From Gemmata obscuriglobus (GTDB lineage: Bacteria; Planctomycetota; Planctomycetia; Gemmatales; Gemmataceae), in the NCBI RefSeq assembly GCF_008065095.1, contig NZ_CP042911.1:1680001-1712000 (forward strand): a stretch of DNA of 32,000 nucleotides, read 5' to 3'. This document shows positions 15,711-22,927 of the stretch, one piece after another. The translations under genes were made by a program, and so were the position numbers. The notes under the pieces are model-generated. The model was not told the origin of the DNA and did not search any database. It saw only the letters and a list, made by a program, of their open reading frames with translations. Numbering within the stretch: position 1 is the first letter of the stretch; the number at the start of each line of letters is the position of its first letter.

Positions 15711-17780
15711 ATGTCAAGCGGAGTTGCGCAGTCCGGTGGCGGGGAGGACCCAACTGGCGAGCCGACTCGCAAAAGTCTTCGCGAGCGTTGGTCGCAAATC
15801 GTCGGCAAACTGAAGCGTCGTCCCACTACGCCCCCAGAATCCAATCTTCAGCCCCCGCCTCCACCAAACCGGGTGGTCAGAATGCTGACCGGGGGCAGCC
15901 TGCTCGGGCTATTGATCTTGTGCGTTGTCAGTTGGAGCCTCGCCTGGCTCACGTTTTTCGCTCTGGGGCTGATCTTCAATTCGACACTCTATTCAGACAT
16001 CCGCAGTTTCAAATCGTTTTCCCCAGCGGACAAACTAGAATGCTACGCACGAGCTATCGGTTATCCGCCGTCAGACCTAAAATCGTTCGCCGAACCGGCG
16101 TCAGCCACAGTCCTGAGTCGATCGGTGCTATCTCCGACGCTCACCAAAGAGGGCAGGGAAGAGTTGCAGAAGTTGGCGGTTATGCAACCGTACCGTGTGG
16201 TGGGACACACTCAACTGACCAGTGCTCGCGAAGGGAAGGAGCAGTGGCATAAGGTGGGCTCGGAAGTGGGGTTGCCACAGCCCGACGGCCCGTCTTTTGC
16301 CGTTGTTTGGCGGAGCGGTGATGGGCCGCCGGCAGGGGCCGCCGATGGCGACAAGCCAAAGCCGAACGCCAAGGTGGAAATGCCTCTGGTGTACGTCTTG
16401 GAGATTAAGGCAGTAGAGGTGGGGTTACAGTTCAAAATCGTTGCCCGGTATTTTCCCGTCATCGACGGCAAGGAGCAGCCGTCCGCGGTGAAGGAAGCTT
16501 TCGTCGTGCTCGACCGGCCAACGTACTGGTTCGCGGCGCTACAACCCTGTGCGGTCAACCACTCGGCCGGCGAGTTAGCGTCGCGCTTCGTCGATCAGAT
16601 GAAGGCTGATGTCCGAGGCCGGCCGAACCTGGTGAACATCGTTCTCAAGGATCGGGCGAAGGTGCAAGAGGTCGAGACGTTCATTCAACAAGTGATTCTC
16701 AGGAAACTGGGAAAGGAATTGCCATCAGGCGGCAGTGAGCAAGGGTTGCGGACTGACCGTGAATACGAAACGCTGGAGCAGCGAACGGCTTGGCCGCGCC
16801 GGCTTCAAGGTAGCGATGTTCTCGGCGTCATCCAGTTCCTGACGGTCGTTGCGTTCTGGGCGGCGGTCGTCATTTACTTCGCCCAATGGCGTGTCGTGGA
16901 GAACCAGCGCGACTACCTCGAGAGCGGTGAGCTGTTCCCGACGGACGACACTACGGTTGATCACGATCATGTCGAAGCGCGAGTCCGCAGCCTCGAAGCA
17001 TTGCGGCAGAAGTACCGCGAGGGCCAAGGCAGAGACAGCGTGATTGCCTGCATCCCGCTTGAGATCGCGTACAGTGGCTACTGCGGGCTGATCGCGGCGA
17101 ATATGCGCGCCGAAGGTGTGCCGGCCTTCGTCCAGACTCGCGTGTCGCTCTTCTTGGAGCGAGCCGGTAGCCGTCAGTGGCTGTTCCGGTTCTTGGTCTG
17201 GCTCATCCCCTCGATCGGGTTTGTCGGCACGGTCATTGGCATTGGAGACGCGCTTCTCGGCACAGGCGACGTGCTCTCTACCAACCCGCTACAGCAACAG
17301 TCCGCCATTCAAGCTATCGCGGGAAAGCTCGGCACAGCATTTGATACTACGTTTGTGGCGCTGATACTTAGCATCGTTACAATGTTCATGATTGGCTCGA
17401 TTCAGAAGAGCGAGGAGGAACTCATCCAACGTGCAGCCGAGCGGACGCTGAACTCGCTCATCGACCCGAACCAAGTTTCGGCGCCGCCCCATGCCTCATT
17501 ACAGCCGCTCCACCTGCAACCCGCCACGGCGGTCACCGCCGCACCGAACCCGTCTGCACCGCGCCGGCCGCAGCAACCGGTGGTACTTCGATTGCGTGAG
17601 ATAAGGCCGTTGCGTCGGCGTTACTCTGCCGACGCAATCGCGATTGTGGTCGGTATTACCATCACGTTAGGCAGTTTGACGATCTACTTCGGGAAGGACT
17701 CTGCCGCAGCTTTGGCGGTTGAGTCACAGATAAAAGCACAGTGGGCCAATTTGTCCAAGTATGCCAAACAACGCGAGTGA
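15711..17780 (+). CDS. MotA/TolQ/ExbB-family proton-channel protein with large N- and C-terminal extensions
   Basis: 689 aa. The family signature lies in the C-terminal half: 'WLFRFLVWLIPSIGFVGTVIGIGDALLG' (PxxGxxGTVxG helix) and 'KLGTAFDTTFVALILSIVTMFMIGSI' (A..TT..G/A helix). The preceding TM is 'VLGVIQFLTVVAFWAAVVIYF'. An extra N-terminal TM hairpin 'LLGLLILCVVSWSLAWLTFFALGLIF' is followed by a ~270-aa domain. There is also an extra C-terminal TM 'AIAIVVGITITLGSLTIYF'. Confidence 0.7.
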   Translation: MSSGVAQSGGGEDPTGEPTRKSLRERWSQIVGKLKRRPTTPPESNLQPPPPPNRVVRMLTGGSLLGLLILCVVSWSLAWLTFFALGLIFNSTLYSDIRSFKSFSPADKLECYARAIGYPPSDLKSFAEPASATVLSRSVLSPTLTKEGREELQKLAVMQPYRVVGHTQLTSAREGKEQWHKVGSEVGLPQPDGPSFAVVWRSGDGPPAGAADGDKPKPNAKVEMPLVYVLEIKAVEVGLQFKIVARYFPVIDGKEQPSAVKEAFVVLDRPTYWFAALQPCAVNHSAGELASRFVDQMKADVRGRPNLVNIVLKDRAKVQEVETFIQQVILRKLGKELPSGGSEQGLRTDREYETLEQRTAWPRRLQGSDVLGVIQFLTVVAFWAAVVIYFAQWRVVENQRDYLESGELFPTDDTTVDHDHVEARVRSLEALRQKYREGQGRDSVIACIPLEIAYSGYCGLIAANMRAEGVPAFVQTRVSLFLERAGSRQWLFRFLVWLIPSIGFVGTVIGIGDALLGTGDVLSTNPLQQQSAIQAIAGKLGTAFDTTFVALILSIVTMFMIGSIQKSEEELIQRAAERTLNSLIDPNQVSAPPHASLQPLHLQPATAVTAAPNPSAPRRPQQPVVLRLREIRPLRRRYSADAIAIVVGITITLGSLTIYFGKDSAAALAVESQIKAQWANLSKYAKQRE

Positions 17781-17815
17781 CTGGCCGAGGACTTCCGGTC
17801 ACCACCAGTCGCGAG

Positions 17816-18331
17816 TTACGGCCCTTTGAACTCGACTGTAATCTCCCGCTCGGGCGTGGAGTTCGGCTTGTCGGCCCCGTAAAACTTCAGCCGGAACTTC
17901 TTCAGCGTCTCGGGGGCGATCTTCTCTTTCGTCTTTTCGTCTGTCGTGGCCGGGCCGCAGAGGATACACCCGTCCGAGTGGTCCGGTTTGTTTCCGGCGT
18001 GGAACTGAATGAACTCCCACTTCTTCCCGCCGGCAGTGAACGTGTCCAGTTCGATCAGGAAGTCGCCCTTTTTGCTCAGGACGCCGCCCGGCCCCTGAAC
18101 GTGGTTTTTGCCGGACTCGTATCGAAGGTGAGCCTTGTAGGTGCCGGCCGGGACGTGCTTGTCAGCCCGCTCGTAAACCGTACCCACCGCCTCACCGTTC
18201 ACGGAGAGCTTTCCGACGATGAGTCCGTCCTTGGTCTCGCCCCTCGTCACCACCACCTTGAACGGGTCGGCGGCCGGGGCTGCGGAAGCAGCAAAGAGGA
18301 TGACCCACGCGGAGAGCGAGCACTTGCCCAT
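17816..18331 (-). CDS. secreted protein with a His...Ser-x-Gly-Cys motif (DUF5675 / YkuD-like, tentative)
   Basis: 171 aa. ATG preceded by 'aggggg'. Signal peptide 'MGKCSLSAWVILFAASAAPAA'. 'GKLSVNGEAVGTVYE...VPAGTYKAHLRYES...FIQFHAGNKPDHSDGCILCG' resembles the DUF5675 pattern and the L,D-transpeptidase H..S.GC motif. It is convergent with the cargo operon. Confidence 0.55.
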   Translation of the reverse strand: MGKCSLSAWVILFAASAAPAADPFKVVVTRGETKDGLIVGKLSVNGEAVGTVYERADKHVPAGTYKAHLRYESGKNHVQGPGGVLSKKGDFLIELDTFTAGGKKWEFIQFHAGNKPDHSDGCILCGPATTDEKTKEKIAPETLKKFRLKFYGADKPNSTPEREITVEFKGP

Positions 18332-18404
18332 GATGGCCCCCTGACTTGAGGTGGTAGCTGAAAGCGATCATACGGCGCGGGCGGGAAGAGTGAAGACGGG
18401 CGAC

Positions 18405-18495
18405 TCTTAATTGATTGCTTTATATACACTCTTAAATTTTTAATACACCACAATTATTGGAATTTCTATTGGTATTCTATATGTGTAAATTATCA
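18405..18495. other. AT-rich non-coding block (right junction of the low-GC region; probable promoter region for 17816..18331)
   Basis: 'ttaattgattgctttatatacactcttaaatttttaatacaccacaattattggaatttctattggtattctatatgtgtaaattatc'. Confidence 0.6.
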
Positions 18496-18646
18496 CGCAT
18501 TGAAAACGACGCGGCGGTTGCAACGCAATCGCGGTCGGCGTGCTCCCGCTGGTAAATAAAGAGTTAAGCGACCGATCTTATCGCAGTCGCGTCCGCCCTT
18601 TGCGGGTTGTGGCTTCGGCGTGAGGCTATTTCGCGTTTGACGTCGC

Positions 18647-19771
18647 TCAAAGTTGGGGTACATCCTCTGGCTTTGGTCCCGGCTTCTTTGGGTTCACCGG
18701 CTTTGCCCTTTTCCGAGTTGAACCCTCCACAGCTTGCAAAGGCACGGAAACCCCGTTGATCCTGTTCACCGCATCTTTCAGGTGCTGGTGCTGATCCGCG
18801 AGGTGCACGTACACCTTGGAAATCATCTCCTGCGACGTGTGCCCCATCAGTTCCGCCAATGTCTGGCCATCAACGCCCGCGAGAATCGCCCGGGTTCCAA
18901 ATCCGTGGCGGCACAAATAGGCACACACGTCCTTGGGCAGTTCCAACTTCCTCTTGATTCGCCATACCTGCAGCCGAAGGGCGTTCATCGTCCACGGCAG
19001 GCCTTCGGTGTTCAGGAAAACATGCGTGTGCCCGTTCCCTCGGAGCCGGCCGGTGATCTCCTTCAACGGCCCGGTTAGGTAGATCACGCGCGGCTTGCCC
19101 GACTTCTTCCCGGTCTTGTGCTCTATCAACACCCAGCGGTCCTCTTGAACCTGATCCCATGTCAGTTCCCGCACCTCCTTCGGCCGCGCGCCGGTAAGGT
19201 AGAGAGCGAGCAGCAAATCCTTCAACGGTCCGCCAGCGTTCTCGTGCATCTTCCAAAACTCGACGTCGGTGATCGCCCGCTGTCGGGGCCGCGGCTTCGG
19301 GTTCTTCATCCCATCGATCGGGTTCTCGGGCAGAAGTTTCCGTTCTGCTGCCCACGAGAACACCCTCCCTGCGGCCTTCCGCGCGTTGTAGACGGTTGTC
19401 TCGCCCCATTCCTCCGCCTCGACCTTGGGGTCGATCCAGCGGTCGATGTGGTATGGCTTCAGCTCGCGGGCGAGCACTTCGCCGCACGCCTCGGCGAAGA
19501 GCTGGCAGTAATACTTGTTCAGGCGGTGGGTGTCGGCAGCGAAGTGGACGCGGCTGTGATGGAGGAACGCCTCGATCACGTCGGCGGTTCGACTCCCCAC
19601 CGCTTCCGGAGCGGTGCGGCGGAGTTTCCGCAGCTCAATGTATTTCTCTTCCGCGAGGTGCCGGTGGTGGTCGTCGTTCGGCCCTTGCACGAGGCGGGTC
19701 TTCTCGCCCCCGAGGGTGATCATCCACCAGCCGATGTCGGACCTGTACCAAACCTTTGCCGGGCGTGCCAT
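18647..19771 (-). CDS. int: tyrosine recombinase / phage-type integrase
   Basis: 374 aa. ATG preceded by 'aggggg'. C-terminal catalytic motifs 'ALYLTGARPKEVRELTW', 'AYLCRHGFGTRAIL' and 'LAELMGHTSQEMISKVYVHL' give the R...HxxR...H...Y pattern. Confidence 0.85.
   Translation of the reverse strand: MARPAKVWYRSDIGWWMITLGGEKTRLVQGPNDDHHRHLAEEKYIELRKLRRTAPEAVGSRTADVIEAFLHHSRVHFAADTHRLNKYYCQLFAEACGEVLARELKPYHIDRWIDPKVEAEEWGETTVYNARKAAGRVFSWAAERKLLPENPIDGMKNPKPRPRQRAITDVEFWKMHENAGGPLKDLLLALYLTGARPKEVRELTWDQVQEDRWVLIEHKTGKKSGKPRVIYLTGPLKEITGRLRGNGHTHVFLNTEGLPWTMNALRLQVWRIKRKLELPKDVCAYLCRHGFGTRAILAGVDGQTLAELMGHTSQEMISKVYVHLADQHQHLKDAVNRINGVSVPLQAVEGSTRKRAKPVNPKKPGPKPEDVPQL
18661..18760. repeat. direct repeat partner of 9126..9225 (integrase 3' end)
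   Basis: Hand alignment gives about 81 of 100 identities, with a 46-nt core (9143..9188) carrying one mismatch. Both copies end in GTTGAT. Confidence 0.75.
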
Positions 19772-19846
19772 GGTGCCCCCTGGGAGTGTACCAAACCCGT
19801 ACTAAACCCATGCGGATCGTACCGAATTATGGGGGCTGTACCAATC
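19743..19846. promoter_or_regulatory. four copies of (T/C)GTACC(A/G)A(A/T) around the integrase start; candidate arm-type recombinase binding sites
   Basis: ctGTACCAAAcc (19743), gtGTACCAAAcc (19787), tcGTACCGAAtt (19818) and ctGTACCAATca (19837), all in the same orientation. Confidence 0.3.
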
Positions 19847-19894
19847 ATCAATGTGCGAAAAAGACTCATTTTCCAGCGATTGACTCCCTGAACC

Positions 19895-19941
19895 GCGGCC
19901 TCCGGAGCCGAAGGTTACAGGTTCAACTCCTGTCGGGCATA
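19895..19941 (+). tRNA. partial tRNA-Arg(CCG): anticodon arm to 3' acceptor strand only (att-site remnant, not a functional gene)
   Basis: The anticodon stem-loop gcggc-CTCCGGA-gccga gives anticodon CCG. It is followed by the variable loop aggtt, the T-arm acagg-TTCAACT-cctgt, the acceptor 3' strand cgggcat and discriminator a. No complementary 5' acceptor strand (atgcccg) or D-arm exists upstream. Confidence 0.55.
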
Positions 19942-19992
19942 CTGGAAAACAAAGGGTTTCGTGAAGGGTGCAGAGCAGAGTGCACCAAACCC

Positions 19993-20024
19993 AACGCCCC
20001 GGTTGTCACCGGGGCGTTTTCGTT
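19993..20024 (+). terminator. rho-independent terminator hairpin
   Basis: Perfect 10-bp stem aacgccccgg / ccggggcgtt with loop ttgtca, followed by ttcgtt. Confidence 0.65.
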
Positions 20025-21965
20025 GTGTGCCAGGCATGTTGCGTATGAGGAGGTGGAAGTCCTCCGCGGGCCGTGGTGAGCGGAACCGCAAGGCGAGGCA
20101 AGGGTGCCCGTCGCGAGGCGGAATCTGAAGGAAGCCGAAGCCCCCAGTCGGGAGCCGACGAACAGGAACCGGATATCAGGCCGGCGTGGCGGGGTCAGCG
20201 GGCAACGGACCGCGAAGCCCAATCTCACTCGGACGCACACGCGGGTAAATCCGGCGGTCGCTCGACGAAGCAACGCAACTTACCCTGGGAGATCTCCCGA
20301 TCCGCGAAGGCGATCTTCGCACCGCGACCGGTAACGGTGGGGGGATGGTTCGGGAGAAGTCAGCCGAGGCCGTAGTAACTCGTCCGTCCGGTGGAGCGAT
20401 CCACGGGGGAGGCACCCACACCTCGTAAGGACGAACGAAGGGCCGAACTTAATGTGCCAAGGAGCAGCCGGAGCCGACTCGATGGGCGTGAAGCGACCGC
20501 AAGGCCGGCCGGACCAACGGACCCTCTTCGAGGGCTCGGAGGCCGACCGGCGCCACGACACAACCGGCGAAGGCGGAACCGGAGCGGGTGTGGTCGAGGA
20601 GTCACAAGCGTCTGCGGCGTTGGAGCCGTCACGCGCCTTGACGGATCGTCTGATGGAGGAGGTGTGCCAGCGAGGCAATCTCAACCAAGCTTACTCTCGG
20701 GTGAAGGCGAACAAAGGGGCACCGGGAATCGACGGGATGACCGTCGAGGACTCGCTCCGCTGGATCGCCGAGCACAAGCAGGAACTGCTGTCGAGTCTGC
20801 TCGACGGGTCGTATCGTCCGAGTCCGGTGCGTGGGGTTTTGATCCCGAAGCCGGGCGGAGGCGAGCGGCAGTTAGGGATTCCGACGGTGGTGGATCGTCT
20901 GGTTCAGCAGGCGATTCTGCAAGTGCTGACGCGTTTGTTGGACCCGACCTTTTCGGAATCCAGCTACGGCTTCCGTCCCGGCAAGAGCGCTCACCAGGCG
21001 CTGTTGAAGGCGAAGGAGTACGTGGCGGATGGTCGAGCGATTGTGGTGGACGTGGACCTGGAGAAGTTTTTCGACCGGGTGAACCACGACATCCTGATGG
21101 CCCGGCTGGCGCGTCGTGTGTCGGACACGCGCTTGTTGCGGATCGTGCGTCGCTTCCTGGAAGCGGGGCTGATGCAAGACGGTGTGTGTGTCGCACGTCA
21201 CGAGGGGACGCCGCAAGGGGGTCCGCTGTCGCCGCTGCTGGCGAATCTGCTGTTGGACGACCTGGACCAGGAACTGGAGCGCCGGGGCCACACCTTCTGC
21301 CGGTACGCGGATGACTGCAACATTTACGTGCGGTCGGAGGCGGCCGGTCGTCGGGTGATGGCGTCGGTCGTGACGTTCCTGGAGGCGAAACTCAAGTTGC
21401 GCGTCAATCGTGAGAAGAGTGCGGTGGCACGGGTCGAGGAGCGGAAGTTCCTCGGCTATCGCCTCCTGAGCGACGGGCGGTTGGGGATCGCGCCGGCGAG
21501 TCTGGAGCGGGCCAAGGACCGCATCCGGGCGATCACCCGTCGGAATCGGGGCATCGGCCTCGAGCGGATGGTCAGGGAACTCAACTCGTTTCTGACCGGC
21601 TGGGTGACGTATTTTCGCCACGCGGCGATGAAAAATCACCTGACCGAGCTGGACGGCTGGGTTCGCCGGAAGCTGCGGTGCGTGCGGTTGAAGCAGTGCA
21701 AGCGAGTGAAGCCGATGGTAGATTTCTTCGCTCGGCAGGGCGTGTCGCTGCGTCAGGCGTGGTGTACCGCGTTGTCGGGGAAGGGCTGGTGGCGGAAGTC
21801 GGGGACGCCGGTGGCGAACCAGGCGATGCCATCCAGTTGGTGGGAGACGCTCGGATTGGTGAATCTCGTCGGTCGGTACGAGAAGTTGCAAACACGTTAG
21901 GAACCGCCGGATACGTAAGTACGTCCGGTGGTGTGGGAGGACGGCGGGGCAATCCCGCCTCCTAC
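20025..21965 (+). mobile_element. group II intron (bacterial class-C-like; 3' end +/- about 6 nt)
   Basis: The 5' end GTGTG lies immediately after the terminator hairpin. The RT/maturase ORF sits in domain IV. Domain V-like ccgccgga-tac-GTAA-gta-(cg bulge)-tccggtgg lies at 21904..21931 with a GNRA tetraloop. A domain VI-like hairpin at 21935..21963 is followed by ...AC. Confidence 0.75.
20452..21900 (+). CDS. ltrA: group II intron reverse transcriptase/maturase (no HNH endonuclease domain visible)
   Basis: 482 aa with 'KANKGAPGIDGMTVED', 'IPKPGGGERQLGIPTVVDRLVQQA', 'SYGFRPGKSAHQAL', 'TPQGGPLSPLLANLLL', 'FCRYADDCNIYV' (YADD) and a maturase X region 'LNSFLTGWVTYFRHA'. Confidence 0.9.
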   Translation: MCQGAAGADSMGVKRPQGRPDQRTLFEGSEADRRHDTTGEGGTGAGVVEESQASAALEPSRALTDRLMEEVCQRGNLNQAYSRVKANKGAPGIDGMTVEDSLRWIAEHKQELLSSLLDGSYRPSPVRGVLIPKPGGGERQLGIPTVVDRLVQQAILQVLTRLLDPTFSESSYGFRPGKSAHQALLKAKEYVADGRAIVVDVDLEKFFDRVNHDILMARLARRVSDTRLLRIVRRFLEAGLMQDGVCVARHEGTPQGGPLSPLLANLLLDDLDQELERRGHTFCRYADDCNIYVRSEAAGRRVMASVVTFLEAKLKLRVNREKSAVARVEERKFLGYRLLSDGRLGIAPASLERAKDRIRAITRRNRGIGLERMVRELNSFLTGWVTYFRHAAMKNHLTELDGWVRRKLRCVRLKQCKRVKPMVDFFARQGVSLRQAWCTALSGKGWWRKSGTPVANQAMPSSWWETLGLVNLVGRYEKLQTR

Positions 21966-22084
21966 CCGATCGATGACCCTTCACGCCGCTCGATTCCCAT
22001 CAAATCAGATCGACACGACCACTTTGAAGACAACCAACTGATGCCGAGTTGTCGCTGCCCAACCGTGAGTTCGACGGAGTGGCC

Positions 22085-22471
22085 ATGATCGATCTGCCCG
22101 TCACGAACCGCCGGCCGCTCGCCCAACTGGTGGTCTGCCAGGGGTGCTGCTGCGGGCGCACGGACCGCGGTCGGCCCGAGGTGCCCGTCGGGCGGCTCAA
22201 GGACGTGTGGAAGGGCGAGAAGCTGAACCGCTCGGTGCAGCTCACCGTCTCCGGGTGCCTGGGGCCGTGCGACCTGGCCAACGTCGCCCTGGTCATCACC
22301 CCGGGCGGGAACAACTGGTTCGGCGGACTGGCCGGGGACGCCGTGTACGAGGCCCTGATTGCCTGGGCACGGGAGTGCCACCACACGGGGCGTGTCGCCC
22401 CGCTGTCGGCCGGGTTCGACGGCCTCCGGTTCGAGCGGTTCGGGGCGAGCGAAGAGGGCGAGGTCGGGTGA
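22085..22471 (+). CDS. thioredoxin-like [2Fe-2S] ferredoxin-family protein
   Basis: ATG 6 nt after 'ggag' (the track start at 22049 is TTG). Cys motif 'VVCQGCCCGRTDRG ... VSGCLGPCDLANV'. Confidence 0.6.
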   Translation: MIDLPVTNRRPLAQLVVCQGCCCGRTDRGRPEVPVGRLKDVWKGEKLNRSVQLTVSGCLGPCDLANVALVITPGGNNWFGGLAGDAVYEALIAWARECHHTGRVAPLSAGFDGLRFERFGASEEGEVG

Positions 22472-22927
22472 CACGGGCCGACGGAACTGCGATTTCGGTC
22501 CGGTGGCGTTGTTCCGGAGAACCACTCCCCTCCCTCACAACCTGGATCGCACGTCCGCGATTATGGGTTACGGGAGGCGATTGAATAAGTGGTTTTGAAA
22601 AGTCGAGGGTGCAAGGAAACCGGATCGGGCTGCTCTCGAAGGCGCACACCCCGTCGCCGTTCAGCGCCGTCCGAACGGTAATAGGGTCAGACCGGCAGGC
22701 GTCGCCGCTCGCGGACGAGTTCCGGCGTGTAGCGGTTCTTCTCTTTTTGCGTGCCCAGGCCCAAGTCCGCGTGGATGATGCAACAACACACGTCGTCAGA
22801 GTCGGCACAACAGACCGTGTGAGACCGAGGAACCGTCCGGCCAAGACTTTTTCGCGTCGCTTGTGGGTGTCGTCGTAAACGCGTGGCCGTCCCCGCACAG
22901 AAAATCTATACCCGACCCCGCCGTCTG

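Noticed and set aside
14123-18430. Recurring ATATACAC motif (two copies in 13476..14309, one in the 18.4-kb AT-rich block)
   Set aside because: The two intragenic copies simply encode a repeated Ile-Tyr-Thr in beta-strand-like sequence. One further copy in AT-rich DNA is within chance expectation.
9237-18450. Possible terminal inverted repeats between the two AT-rich blocks (GTATTAAATTTAA versus TTAAATTTTTAATAC)
   Set aside because: The match is short, imperfect and quasi-palindromic low-complexity AT sequence. It matches in both orientations, so it is not informative.
19868-19941. Complete tRNA gene
   Set aside because: Only the anticodon arm, T-arm and 3' acceptor strand can be folded. 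The upstream sequence (attttccagcgattgactccctgaacc) offers no 5' acceptor strand complementary to cgggcat and no D-arm.
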